Assembly: GCA_020184695.1 (NCBI GenBank)
Contig: JAANOX010000003.1
Coordinates: 1 to 64,000 of the forward strand
Origin: Histomonas meleagridis 2922-C6/04-290x
Taxonomy: Eukaryota; Protista; Parabasalia
Length of the DNA: 64,000 nucleotides
Reading direction: 5' to 3'
Shown here: positions 13,003 to 23,340 of the stretch, piece after piece
How positions within the stretch are numbered: position 1 is the stretch's first letter
Layout of the letters: each line of letters begins with the position of its first letter
Notes under the pieces: generated by a model
Database searches by the model: none
Told to the model about the DNA's origin: nothing
What the model saw: only the letters and a program-made list of their open reading frames with translations
Program-made: the position numbers and the translations under genes

Positions 13003-13589
13003 ATGCAATTGCAATTCGAAACCATTAAGAAAGTGTTAAAATTAAATGACAAAAGCTTCATCAAATGGGCCTCTGAGCAGGGAATCATTCCTGATATCCA
13101 CCAAATTCAAATATGTCCGAAATGTCAATCGTTAATGAAAGTTTATTTCTCACCAAGTTACCCTGATGGTGCTGCATATAGATGCTGCTCAAGTAAATGC
13201 AGAAATTCAAAATCAATCAGATTAGATTCATGGGTATCACAATCAAAACTTTCATTAAGGGGATTTGTTCACATTCTAGCATGTTGGGTAGAAGGTTTTG
13301 ATATAAGAACTACATCTAAAATTACAGGTGTATGTGAACGATCAGTAATAACATGGTTTCAAACTTTTCGATCTATTGCAAAAAAAGAATATCGAAAAGA
13401 TATAGCTCAGAATTTACTTGGTATCAAAAAATAGAAGGTACATGGGATCTAATAAAAGGATACCTCATAAAAAATGGATTTAGAGATGAAAATTATCTCG
13501 AATCATATATCCATGAATGGTGCTTTCGAAGAAATATAGGAAATACATTTGAAAAATGCTGGAAAGCAATAATTGGTGAAATTTCTTAA
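13003..13589 (+). pseudogene. Merlin transposase with the catalytic core deleted
   Basis: N-terminal zinc ribbon and HTH (CPKC...YRCCSSKC...SIRLDSW) ends at 13434 and is fused out of frame to the C-terminus (QKIEGTW...YLESYIHEWCFRR, to 13589). The DET and SDxW motifs are absent. Confidence 0.85.
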
Positions 13590-14223
13590 TAAACTGATCA
13601 TAATTTAAAATATCTTTATTAGAAAAATGATTTCGAAGTGTATCAGACCCCCCCAATAAGATATTTTGCCATTATTCACTTTTTGATATGACTTTGATCT
13701 CCTTATCAAAAGTCGAATATTTTTATTGCCATTTTTTTTTCCTTTCAAATTTCCTATCGTTCAAAAACCGCAAAATGGAGGGCGTTTTGCATCCTAACCT
13801 GGAAATGTAATAGAATTCCTATTCAAACCATCACTTATAGCACAATCATCAATGTTTAAATTTAAATGTTCTATACAATACCTCAAACAAACCAATGAGC
13901 CTTTTCGTGCTGCTACTGCATGCTCAGGGTTAAGAAACATTTTTTCATAATTTTCAGCAGTTATTCTTTTTATTAATAAAAAATCGGCAAATTAGCCTTC
14001 GTAAATCATCCGCTGTGTACACAGCCACATTTATATATGACAATAGTTCACCGAAGTTTTCTTTTAGAAACAATTTAAACATATCGATATGGTCATATGT
14101 TAATGGTGTTGATGCATAATATTCGAGAACAAGCTTTAAGCCCAATAGTTCGGCAATTTTAAAATTTATCATAATAATTTGATATTTTAAAACAATACAT
14201 CGAAATCATTTAGATTATTTAAT

Positions 14224-14639
14224 ACAGCACTTATGAAAGCATCTTCAAATGGTCATACAGAAATCGTTAAATTACTTCTTGAGCAAGAAGGAATTGATAT
14301 TAATGCTAAAGATATTTATTTGTTTTATTTGGGATTTATTTTAATAATTTTGGATTTCAAAATAATATTTAGAAATTATTTTAATTATTTCAAACAGCAC
14401 TTATTAGAGCATCTGAAAATGGTCACATAGAAACAGTTAAATTACTTCTTGAACAAAAAGAGATCAATATTAATGATAAGGATATTTATTTGTTTTATTT
14501 AAAATTTATTTTAATAATTTTGGATTTCAAAATAATGTTTGGAAATTATTTAAATTATTTAAGACAGCACTTATGATAGCAACAAAAGAAAAAAAAAATT
14601 GATATCGTTCAAACTATTAAGAAAAAACTATTAAAATAA
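14224..14639 (+). repeat. Orphan array of ankyrin modules separated by 80-nt AT-rich spacers (period 170 nt)
   Basis: Modules at 14224-14313 (TALMKASSNGHTEIVKLLLEQEGIDINAKD), 14394-14483 and a partial one from 14564; spacers at 14314-14393 and 14484-14563. Confidence 0.85.
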
Positions 14640-15518
14640 TTTAACGTTTCATGATATATTGGCGCAAAAAGCTATGACCCCACCATTCATCATTTCGACT
14701 AATTAATGATTGGGAATGAATAAAAAAGAAAAATTGATTTTGAAGATTAACGACTTTTTATGCTCAATTTTCTAATTAAATATTGAATGCTTAAACTCGT
14801 TAAAAAGTCAAAATAAAGCATTGATTTATTATATTTTTTTTTATAAATTTAGAGCTAAGTATTATGTATTAATGGTCTAATGCTTTGGAATGAGCGTCCT
14901 AACAAGAACATCCAGCAAACTACAAATTTTGGTGGTGTATGGTTGACAAAAAAAAATTGATATTTGACAAAGTATTTTTCGAACTGAAAACATTATATTT
15001 TTTACCATGCGCTCTCCTTCCTTATTTCAAGGATATGTTAATGTGCTACAATCAGTGCTTGCATTATAATTGAATAATCATCATTTTTCTAAGAATTATT
15101 TTATTTTTTTCCCGAGATTGCAAGATATTTGATTGGAATAATTTTTGGTGTATATACATATATATCTGCAATCTATAGACCTGAGTAATGTGGTTGAAAT
15201 CAGCAAGGAATCAATTAATTAAAATATTTTTTTTAAATTGCATTGTGTCGACAAATTTTTTTGATTTATTGACGTGATTTTCTTTACACCATATCCATGT
15301 AAAAAATTAACGGAATTGAAGGATAAATAAGATATTAAGGTTTTTTATTTTTAATACTACATTAAACTCAACACATTTTCACATGGCCAGGAACAATACA
15401 GTCTTGAATTCATTGTGTTTTATTAGTTTCAATAATTTCATGTGCAATAGCATTTAAAAAATTTATTTATATAAAAATTAAATTCAAGAAAAAAGTAACT
15501 TCAGATGCAGTTTTAGAT

Positions 15519-15935
15519 TTATGCCATTTCGTTTGCAAGGTTCATTGCTTCAACTTCTTCTGGAAGACGAACATATGCCTTCTTGAGGAACTTTGGTGTG
15601 ATTAGTGTCTTAACACTGACTGGCTTGACGTGGTAAAGACGGTTGATTGCAGCGGCGATTTCTGGTTTCTTAGCGCGGATATCAACATAGAATGTCATTG
15701 TGTTTTCATCTTCGAGTTTTCGTGGAGCTTTATCTGATGTCACTGGTCCCTTGATGATCTTGTAGTCATTTCGTTTCAAGGAAACAGGTTGAACAGCCTT
15801 ATGTTCGTATTGTGGCTTCTTAGCTGGAACAGAGGGCTTTGGTTTTTGGAACTTCTTGAAGTTCCTTGTCTTCTTGATTTGTTTTTGTTGTCCATTGGAA
15901 ACAGCTTTTGCGGCAGCTTCGGCTTTACCAGACAT
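15519..15935 (-). CDS. RPL23A: 60S ribosomal protein L23a (uL23)
   Basis: IIKGPVTSDKA...ENTMTFYVDIRAKKPEI...KTLITPKFLKKAYVRL; ATG at 15935 preceded by CCTTT. Confidence 0.93.
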   Translation of the reverse strand: MSGKAEAAAKAVSNGQQKQIKKTRNFKKFQKPKPSVPAKKPQYEHKAVQPVSLKRNDYKIIKGPVTSDKAPRKLEDENTMTFYVDIRAKKPEIAAAINRLYHVKPVSVKTLITPKFLKKAYVRLPEEVEAMNLANEMA

Positions 15936-15955
15936 TAAAGGAAGACCAAACCGTC
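15936..15955 (-). promoter_or_regulatory. Trichomonad M3-like (GACGGTTT) plus M5 (CCTTT) core promoter of RPL23A
   Basis: Minus strand reads gacggtttggtcttCCTTTaATG, matching the core-promoter motifs described for T. vaginalis ribosomal protein genes. Confidence 0.6.
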
Positions 15956-16121
15956 GAATCCCAACAAATTTCAAAGAGGAACGATCGAATCACCAATTCA
16001 TTGGGGTGCCCCACATCCCCCTTTGAAATTTTGATAAGGTTTGTTCACGTTTGAATTGACTTTTTCAATAACCGATATGTTGATGGGAAAAAAGTTTATT
16101 CTGTAAATAATGAAAAATATT

Positions 16122-17057
16122 TTACTCCCACTTAAGAAGTGTCCCAAACCTAAAGTGTTGTACAACTAAGAATCGATCCATAATTTCTCCTTGGTACATC
16201 TTGATCATTCCCCCATTCAACTTTACAAAATGCGGAAGATTTCTCAACGAGTACAACATCCTTGAATGTTCTGCAAAGCTGCCAAACTTTTCGTGGTTGA
16301 TGTAATCGATCCATCTGCAATATGCATAATCATTTCTGTTATTATGTGCAATGTTTGGATCAATAACATTTGCAGGCGTGATATCTGGATTGTTAATAAG
16401 TTGAGAAGATCCAAAAAGGAATGGAAGATAAACATAATCATCAATACTCCATGCACCATGGGAACCTGCAGGCTCTTGGTGATACTTTGCTTTGATCTCA
16501 GTATGTAAATTCCAATAATCCCAGAAAACATCAAAGACAATTGCAGGCCCATCTTCAGGTGTTATCAAATTGAGTACTGCAAGAGAAGTAATGAATGCAA
16601 GAAAGTTAAACTCATGTCCTGTACCATAATCAATTCTGGTCCAACTTCCAAATGACTGAACAAAATAATCATGTGCTTCCCAATTATCAGTAACGTCCTT
16701 TAAAATTTCAGCGCGTTTCTCGTGAACGATGGATAAAAATATCCTAAAAGCACGATTTCCATAACGCATTGGCTGTTTAAGAGGTTCAACTGAATTTAAA
16801 ATTTCTCTAACCTTTCCTAACGAATTTAATAAAGCATCAATGATTGGTCGCTTTTGATGTGGAGAACTACGAGGTTTAGATTGCACAGAATTATTCAAAA
16901 GTTGGAGAACACTTAAAATATTATTATAAGCAGGTGAACATTCCCATTTTGCCATATCAGCTTCACTATTTATGCACTTATTGAGCTTTGTTAGCTCAAG
17001 TGGATCTTCTGATTCACATGTTTCAACAGGACTTTGGAAACATGATTTCTCTTCCAT
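16122..17057 (-). CDS. PTPA: PP2A phosphotyrosyl phosphatase activator (PTPA/Rrd1-2 family)
   Basis: RYGNRAFR, SFGSWTRIDYGTGHEFNF, EPAGSHGAWSIDDY and FLVVQHFRFG motifs. Confidence 0.95.
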   Translation of the reverse strand: MEEKSCFQSPVETCESEDPLELTKLNKCINSEADMAKWECSPAYNNILSVLQLLNNSVQSKPRSSPHQKRPIIDALLNSLGKVREILNSVEPLKQPMRYGNRAFRIFLSIVHEKRAEILKDVTDNWEAHDYFVQSFGSWTRIDYGTGHEFNFLAFITSLAVLNLITPEDGPAIVFDVFWDYWNLHTEIKAKYHQEPAGSHGAWSIDDYVYLPFLFGSSQLINNPDITPANVIDPNIAHNNRNDYAYCRWIDYINHEKFGSFAEHSRMLYSLRNLPHFVKLNGGMIKMYQGEIMDRFLVVQHFRFGTLLKWE

Positions 17058-17523
17058 CTCCAGCAACTATTTATTGTAAACTATTGAATATTTGTGTTGA
17101 ATAAAAACAAGCTTTGTCAATTTATCTCAAAACAAATTTTAAAACCTTTTTAGCACTTAGAAGCTGTGTTTACGAAACGAAACAAATAATTTTTTTTTTG
17201 AAAAACTTTTATGTGAACTCAAATTTATTGAGTGAACTTCTTTTTCCAGTAGATTAAAGAATTTTTCCAAATCGAAAATAATTGCCGAAATAAAATGATT
17301 CACAATTTCCATTTCGACCAATGTTAACATGATGTTCTCTTGAATAATGAATATATGCATAAATGCTTTTTCTAAGGTAAAATGATTTCATTATCAAAAT
17401 TAATAATTCACACGAAAAATAAAACACTGATTGATCAAATTTGTGTATTAGTCATAAATACAAAAAAGTATTTAAGTATTTTAAAAAAATAAACTCAAAT
17501 CTCCAAAAGCTATCATTTATTCA

Positions 17524-17531
17524 AAAGTGAC
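17524..17531 (+). promoter_or_regulatory. M2-like AAAGTGAC upstream motif
   Basis: Exact AAAGTGAC ~90 nt upstream of the 17621 ORF. The same 8-mer lies upstream of the ARL gene (19204-19211 and 19243-19250, minus), the RBM42-like gene (37794-37801) and the ERGIC gene (59122-59129). Confidence 0.5.
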
Positions 17532-17620
17532 ACAAAATATTCGACCGTTTAATTATTTAAACAAAGTTTGTCTATTTTTTCTGGTTGGGTGAAGTCAGTT
17601 AACGTATACCAAATCCTTCC

Positions 17621-18274
17621 ATGAGTTTTTCCCTTGAGGAATTTATAGGACCGCAAATATGTGATTCCTCCCAACTCGCTGGAAACACAGTTGTATTTCT
17701 TAAATCAAATTATCTTCCAAAAATATTTACTTTAGAATATCTTATAGATTTTCTAGAGGCAAAAAAACAAAACTACAGGTTTGTCATTATTCACAGGACT
17801 CCTAATGAAAGTATAATTTCTGTTGGTTATCGAACATCAGAATATATTTCTTCATTTGCCACTCAACTTATCATTTTTTGTGTGCAAAAACAAATTCGAG
17901 TTCAAGTTCATCAAAGCAAACTTAGTTCCAAACAAATTGTTCAATGGCTTAAAAAGAATTCTTTAAATATCAAAAAAAATTCATCTGATGAAATCCAAGT
18001 TAAATTTATTGATGAATCAAAAAGTAAAACTGAGTTACAAATGGATGCATGGAATGCCCTCGGGCCATCAAGTTGGGGACCTCCAATCCATGTATATCGA
18101 ATTATTCCAACTGATATCGAAGCCAAACTTTCTCTCTTCCAGAAAGTTGATTACATTCCACAATATTCTCCAATGAAAAGATTTGTAACGCCAAGGCTCA
18201 ATGAAATGTTGGGAATTCCAGATGTAGGTGAAGATGTTTTGCAACAAATCCCAAATCATCGTCCATTCGTATAA
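17621..18274 (+). CDS. Hypothetical protein, 217 aa
   Basis: Open ATG ORF with coding-like composition; no family recognised. Confidence 0.65.
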   Translation: MSFSLEEFIGPQICDSSQLAGNTVVFLKSNYLPKIFTLEYLIDFLEAKKQNYRFVIIHRTPNESIISVGYRTSEYISSFATQLIIFCVQKQIRVQVHQSKLSSKQIVQWLKKNSLNIKKNSSDEIQVKFIDESKSKTELQMDAWNALGPSSWGPPIHVYRIIPTDIEAKLSLFQKVDYIPQYSPMKRFVTPRLNEMLGIPDVGEDVLQQIPNHRPFV

Positions 18275-18605
18275 GAAAATGTTTGATAAATACTATCGCT
18301 CATGAAATTTCTTGTTTTTTTTTTTGTGTCTACTCATTGTTGAAGAAATTCTAATTGATTGTATATGAGTTATTGTATATTGAAATCAGTAGAAAAATAG
18401 AATTTAATTTCATAATGTGTATGTTTATTAATGTTCGAACCAAAGGTATTTATAGTTTTAAATATTTAAATTTATTTTCACACTTTTTTTGTTCGCATAT
18501 TTATGCACCCTAAATTGGTTTGTAGTAAACAAATAAACAAATGCTCACTACGAAAATATGTATAAGAAAATATAAACTTAAATTTACTGTGACATAAACA
18601 TTTTG

Positions 18606-19167
18606 TTATTTTTTCATTTCATCGATAATCCATTTCATTCCTTCGTCAAGGCCTGTTTTCTCAATTGCAGAGCAATCTTGAATATGCCAATTATGTGTTC
18701 TAATTGAATGCAATTCAAGTTCCTCAGTTATCTGGAGTTATAATAAAAAGATACTTCTGATGCATTGAGAGCAGTTGACAAGTCTTGCTTGTTTGCAAAT
18801 ATCAAAATAGGAATCCCGTTTAAATTGGAATCTTGGAGAAGGGCCGAAAGTTCAAGTCCTGTTTCATACATTCTTCTTCTATCAGCGCTGTCAATTACCC
18901 ATATTAAGCCAGACGCACCGATTAAATAATTTGACCACTGATTTCGAAGGGATTTTTGACCTCCAATATCCACAACATTAAGTTCATTGTTGTTGTACAT
19001 TATGGTTTTTGCACAAAAGCCACGTGTTGGTGAAACTGTATATGGACTTGCACCAATCAAGACATTTAAAATGGAAGATTTACCTGCATTGTCAAGGCCG
19101 AGAAATATTAATTTTTTGTTTTGGACACTTTGCGTTCCCCCCTTTAGTTATAAAAAAATGATACCAT
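18606..19167 (-). CDS. ARL2/ARL3-like Arf-family GTPase, 171 aa, three exons (19167-19165, 19141-18755, 18731-18606)
   Basis: Spliced product M|GGTQS...GLDNAGKS...DIGGQKSLR...FANKQD...ASE|ITEELELHSIRTHNWHIQDCSA...MKK* contains all G-boxes and an N-myristoylation Gly2. Confidence 0.92.
18732..18754 (-). other. 23-nt spliceosomal intron (GTATCTTTTTATTATAACTCCAG)
   Basis: GT...TAAC...AG; removing it restores the ARL C-terminal 41 aa in frame. Confidence 0.9.
19142..19164 (-). other. 23-nt spliceosomal intron directly after the ATG (GTATCATTTTTTTATAACTAAAG)
   Basis: GT...TAAC...AG; removing it gives M-G-G-T-Q-S in frame with the GTPase domain. Confidence 0.88.
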
Positions 19168-19819
19168 TTTCTAATCTTTAATTTTAAACGTACTTACCAA
19201 AAAGTCACTTTTTATAAATATGTGCTAAGAAAAAGTCAAAAAGTCACTTTTATATAAAAACAACTTTTTGTGATTAAGGATACTGTATCCTTAAGATGAC
19301 TTCTTTAAAAAATGTCTTTCCGTTTTATTGCATGCGTGTTTAACATATTTTTAGAATTTTGGGTGGCAATGAAAGCGTTTAGAATAAAATCATGGATTAT
19401 ATAAAGTGGTTGCAGAAAGGTTTCCCCGAACACTTCAGTTTTTGAATATAAATCCGATGATTTTTCATTCATTCGATTCAGGAGATAGAGTTGTAAATAA
19501 ACAAAAATTCCAATTTTTTCACAAAGAATTAACTTCCACAGCAGAAGAAAACCCACATAAACCCAATTAAAATATTTTAAACTTCTGGTCATTTTCAAAT
19601 TGATAAATTAATAATTCCTATTTCAAAAAAATTCTTAATTTCCATAAAAAACACAATATATATTCACATGTCATCAAGCACTCAATCAAATAAATAGAGA
19701 ATCCACATCAAAGAAAGATCTAATGTAAAATATCAAATTGATATTCCAACCATCTTCTTTGAAATAAATTCCCGTTCATCAAACAAATTTTGTTGATTCA
19801 TCACTGGGAATAATTTATT

Positions 19820-20212
19820 TCAATTTTGTTGTTGTTCTTGTGGAATTGGATCAAAAGCTTCTCTGAAAGCTTCAACATCATTTGTAATAACATTTCCGTA
19901 CCTGACAACAGCGCATGCACCACACTTTATTTGGCGACGAACTGTTCCATCGTGACGGATTGATGCAAGACCAAGTGCTCTACCAAGAAGTTCTTTTTCT
20001 GGGACAGAGATCAACTTAACCTCGTTCTTCTTTGCGAGGCCTGTGATAAGAGCCTTATAATCTTTATTATCAGTATCATCTGCAAGAAAAACAAGCTTTG
20101 CCTTTCCTTTAAGAATTGCCTTGACGGTACAGTTGAATCCTTTCGCAACTGTTCCAGAAAGGTTAATTTGACGAAGACCACTTTCAATAACAGCAGTGTT
20201 TTCAGCAGACAT
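19820..20212 (-). CDS. RPS12: 40S ribosomal protein S12 (eS12)
   Basis: L7Ae-fold pattern: KGFNCTVKAILKGKAKLVFLADD...LGRALGLASIRHDGTVRRQIKCGACAV. Confidence 0.88.
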   Translation of the reverse strand: MSAENTAVIESGLRQINLSGTVAKGFNCTVKAILKGKAKLVFLADDTDNKDYKALITGLAKKNEVKLISVPEKELLGRALGLASIRHDGTVRRQIKCGACAVVRYGNVITNDVEAFREAFDPIPQEQQQN

Positions 20213-20328
20213 TAAAACAAAGTGGCCCAACGTGTAGCACTTTTAGCCGTTGGCCCATCCCAATGCACACCGTCTATAAACGGTCTCCTTATTGCGAGAA
20301 CGATACAACGTATAAACGCCAAGAAATA

Positions 20329-23300
20329 ATGGATGAATCATTGGAAAATATTATTATATGCATGTTAAATGATAAACAGGAAAGAGAAATTGCAGAAGCC
20401 AAATTTACTGAAATCCTAAACACAAATCCATTTATAATACTTCAATATCTCACCCAAAATATTTTAAATTCACCACCAAATATAATTCGTCGGAATTCAA
20501 CTCTCCTTTATCGAATCATCAGGGAAGAGTCAATATATTCTCAACTAAATAATGAAATGTTCAATTTTCTAATTAATTCAATTCAAAATATTCTTCTTTC
20601 TGATCAATTAGATAACACTTCAAGATCTCTAAATGAAGATATTTATTTTATTTTTGCCCAAAAAAATTTAAATGAAAATATTTTGAATTGCATTATCCAA
20701 TTTTCAACATCAGAAAACCCGAATATTTCCACATCAGGAATCAACATTTTATCTAGTCTTGTTAGTATCCATGCCTTTCCTGATATTAATCCACTTTTAA
20801 ATTTTTTCAAAATTATTTTTGATCGATCACTTGAACAAATTGTACCACAAACCATTCCATCGATACGTCTTTTACGTGAGCTATTTATTACATATGAAAT
20901 CCAAGACTTAAAAATCTATTCATTACGTATATGTCAATTTATTCAAACGATACCTAAAGAAAACGAGTTTAATTTATTAACAATAATATCCTTTTTCCCA
21001 TATAATTATTTTTCCGAATGTTTTGCTGAATATATTGGCACACTTTTAAAAATTTGCATGACAAATGAATCAGCAGAATGCGCCAAAATTTTAAGTTTAG
21101 TAATACTTGAAAACATAATAGAAACTAAGCACCAAGTATTAGAAAATTATGTTACAGTTATTATTAATTGTATATTAACTATATTAACGACAAATGACTT
21201 AACTGAATTTATCAATGAAACAATTTATTTACTTATATTAATACTTGATAAACTTGAAACACAAGAATTAATTAATTTTTTATTTGAAGTTTCAAGTACA
21301 TTAATCCAAAATGAAAACCCTAAACAACGTTATACGGCATTATTATTATATCAGCAGATAATAAACAAAGTAAATCTTGAACAAATACAAATTATAATAA
21401 ATTTTTTATTAAATACATTAAATGATCCATTTAATATCTGTCGTTTATATTCATATAAAACAATTGGATCAATACATAAAAAGAAATATATTAATGAATG
21501 TTTACATCAACAAATATTTCCATTTTTATTAAATGCGATTACAAATGAAACAGAAATCGGAATCAAAAGAGAAGGTTTTAAGACTTTATCTAATATATGT
21601 AAGTTATGTGGCTCTGAAGTATTAGAAATATATTCACAACAATTATTAATATTATGTTTTACATTTGGTAATATCATTGACTTAACTAAAACAATAATAA
21701 AATTGATTTCTTCAATAGCTAAATCAAGTAGACAACATTTTCTTATGTATTATCAAGAAGTTTCACAGTTTTTATTCCAAGCAATGCAAATCCAAAACTA
21801 TAAAATTCGTTATGCTATAATTAAATCATTACCATTTATATGTAAAACATTAAAAATGGAAATAGCAATGAAATTATCAGAGATTGGAATTAATATCTTT
21901 TTTCAAACAGAACTAATTAATTATACAGAAAAACAACAAATTAAAATGTTCAAAAGTATATTAAAATTATCGAAATATTTAAATCCGGAAATCTTAAGTC
22001 ATATTAATTTAGAGCCAATTTTTAATTTCGCTAAAGAACAATTAGAGAAAACAATTATTAATGCAAATGAATTAGATTTATCTGTTACAAACGAGAAATT
22101 TTGTAAAGGTAAAATCGATAATGAACATTATTTAATATATAGTTGTGATAAAGAATTAAATATATCTGAAGCGCTTCATTTGTTATCCAAATGTATTAAC
22201 ATATTAAATGGCGAGTTAATCGAAGTAATATTTAATATTGTTTTGGAACATTTAAAGAATTCAGCAATAAGTTATAATATTGTTAAGTCTTCATTCGATA
22301 TAATCGAAAGTTTAATCGTATGTAACAATATCCAAATTCCATTCCAATATTTCTTCGATAATATCTTTGTATTAAAAATATATTATCCGAAAGTTATACC
22401 ATTAGAAATCAAATGTTTGAAACTTTTGTTAATAAGAAATAATGGTAATATACAATGCTTAAGTAATTGCATTGACGTATCACTAAATATAATTCAAAAT
22501 TCGAAGGAAAGAAAAGAAAATTTAAAAATTATTTCAGAAACTAAAAATATATTTGATAGTTATATTGATGAATGCGAAATAGAAATACAATTAGCGAAGT
22601 TTTGTTCTTTCGTAATGAATAACTTCAAAAACGAATTCATGCAATTAAATTTGTTGGAAAAACTTTCGGTCGTTTTCCAATTAAATCAAAATGATGTTTT
22701 TAACAAAGCGGCTTTAATGATATTTTGGACTAACGTTTCAATAGTATTCCAACAAAACATTAATGAAGTTGCTTTATTCTGCGTGAAGAATCTCGAAAGT
22801 TCTTTTATTTATGTGATGAAGCAGTCGTTTAAATCGCTGTCAAAATTAATTCAATACACGAACGAAATTCAAAACGTTATTCAGATCGTCATTCAAAATA
22901 TTGTGGGATATTTGAATGACGATAGGTCAAGGAAGGAGTCTTATGAAAAAGTGACAGATAATGCTGTAGTTGCTTTAACCTATTCGTTTATTAAATACCC
23001 AAATTACCAACAAAATGATTTGCTTCATTTATGGTTGGTGAACTTACCAGTATATAATGGTGATGGAAAAATGGTTCATAAGGTTTTTGCGGATCTTTTG
23101 AAATCAAATATGATGTTTTTCTTGCACGATGAAAACGTAGAATCAACAATAGAAATAATTGCGACGTTATGTAGAAGTACTTGGATTAATGAAGAAACAA
23201 GAAATTGTTTTTGGGAATTTTGCAAATTTGTGTTTGGTCATGAACCAAAATTAGAGAGTGTATACAAGGCTGCAGATAGCCTTAGTGATGCGCGCAAAAA

Positions 23301-23340
23301 TCGTCTCTTTGATTTCTTGAATACCTATAAATCTATGTAA
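20329..23340 (+). CDS. Importin-beta/karyopherin-beta family HEAT-repeat protein (importin-4/5-like)
   Basis: ~1000-aa helical ORF with an N-terminal REIAEAKF motif and C-terminal DNAVVAL...WLVNLPV. ATG 20329 is preferred because 20263 lies in the RPS12 promoter. Confidence 0.75.
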   Translation: MDESLENIIICMLNDKQEREIAEAKFTEILNTNPFIILQYLTQNILNSPPNIIRRNSTLLYRIIREESIYSQLNNEMFNFLINSIQNILLSDQLDNTSRSLNEDIYFIFAQKNLNENILNCIIQFSTSENPNISTSGINILSSLVSIHAFPDINPLLNFFKIIFDRSLEQIVPQTIPSIRLLRELFITYEIQDLKIYSLRICQFIQTIPKENEFNLLTIISFFPYNYFSECFAEYIGTLLKICMTNESAECAKILSLVILENIIETKHQVLENYVTVIINCILTILTTNDLTEFINETIYLLILILDKLETQELINFLFEVSSTLIQNENPKQRYTALLLYQQIINKVNLEQIQIIINFLLNTLNDPFNICRLYSYKTIGSIHKKKYINECLHQQIFPFLLNAITNETEIGIKREGFKTLSNICKLCGSEVLEIYSQQLLILCFTFGNIIDLTKTIIKLISSIAKSSRQHFLMYYQEVSQFLFQAMQIQNYKIRYAIIKSLPFICKTLKMEIAMKLSEIGINIFFQTELINYTEKQQIKMFKSILKLSKYLNPEILSHINLEPIFNFAKEQLEKTIINANELDLSVTNEKFCKGKIDNEHYLIYSCDKELNISEALHLLSKCINILNGELIEVIFNIVLEHLKNSAISYNIVKSSFDIIESLIVCNNIQIPFQYFFDNIFVLKIYYPKVIPLEIKCLKLLLIRNNGNIQCLSNCIDVSLNIIQNSKERKENLKIISETKNIFDSYIDECEIEIQLAKFCSFVMNNFKNEFMQLNLLEKLSVVFQLNQNDVFNKAALMIFWTNVSIVFQQNINEVALFCVKNLESSFIYVMKQSFKSLSKLIQYTNEIQNVIQIVIQNIVGYLNDDRSRKESYEKVTDNAVVALTYSFIKYPNYQQNDLLHLWLVNLPVYNGDGKMVHKVFADLLKSNMMFFLHDENVESTIEIIATLCRSTWINEETRNCFWEFCKFVFGHEPKLESVYKAADSLSDARKNRLFDFLNTYKSM

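Larger units (their letters stand above)
12651..13799 (+). mobile_element. Non-autonomous Merlin (IS1595-like) DNA transposon, 1149 bp
   Basis: Ends are GG...CC. A 49-bp perfect inverted repeat lies at 12657-12705 and 13745-13793, and an 8-bp TSD TGGAAATG at 12643-12650 and 13800-13807. The element holds an internally deleted transposase. Confidence 0.92.
12409..14172 (-). pseudogene. Ankyrin-like host gene disrupted by the Merlin insertion and an extra frameshift
   Basis: Removing 12651-13799 plus one TSD copy rejoins ...HAVAARKGSLVCLRYCIE...NRNSITFP|ILHTDLTMTKYLLEKGEH... in frame. An extra 1-nt shift lies in an A-run near 13965. Confidence 0.65.

Noticed and set aside
14311-14396. Ankyrin spacers as U12-type AT-AC introns (G|ATATTT...AC|AG)
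   Set aside because: Joining at these ends puts the next module out of frame, there is no TCCTTAAC branch site, and the AC is not present in all copies.
14484-14563. Simple -1 ribosomal frameshift through the spacer
   Set aside because: Both frames are open in this copy, but other copies have TAA two codons after the module (33611, 34142), and a 27-aa linker would disrupt ankyrin stacking.
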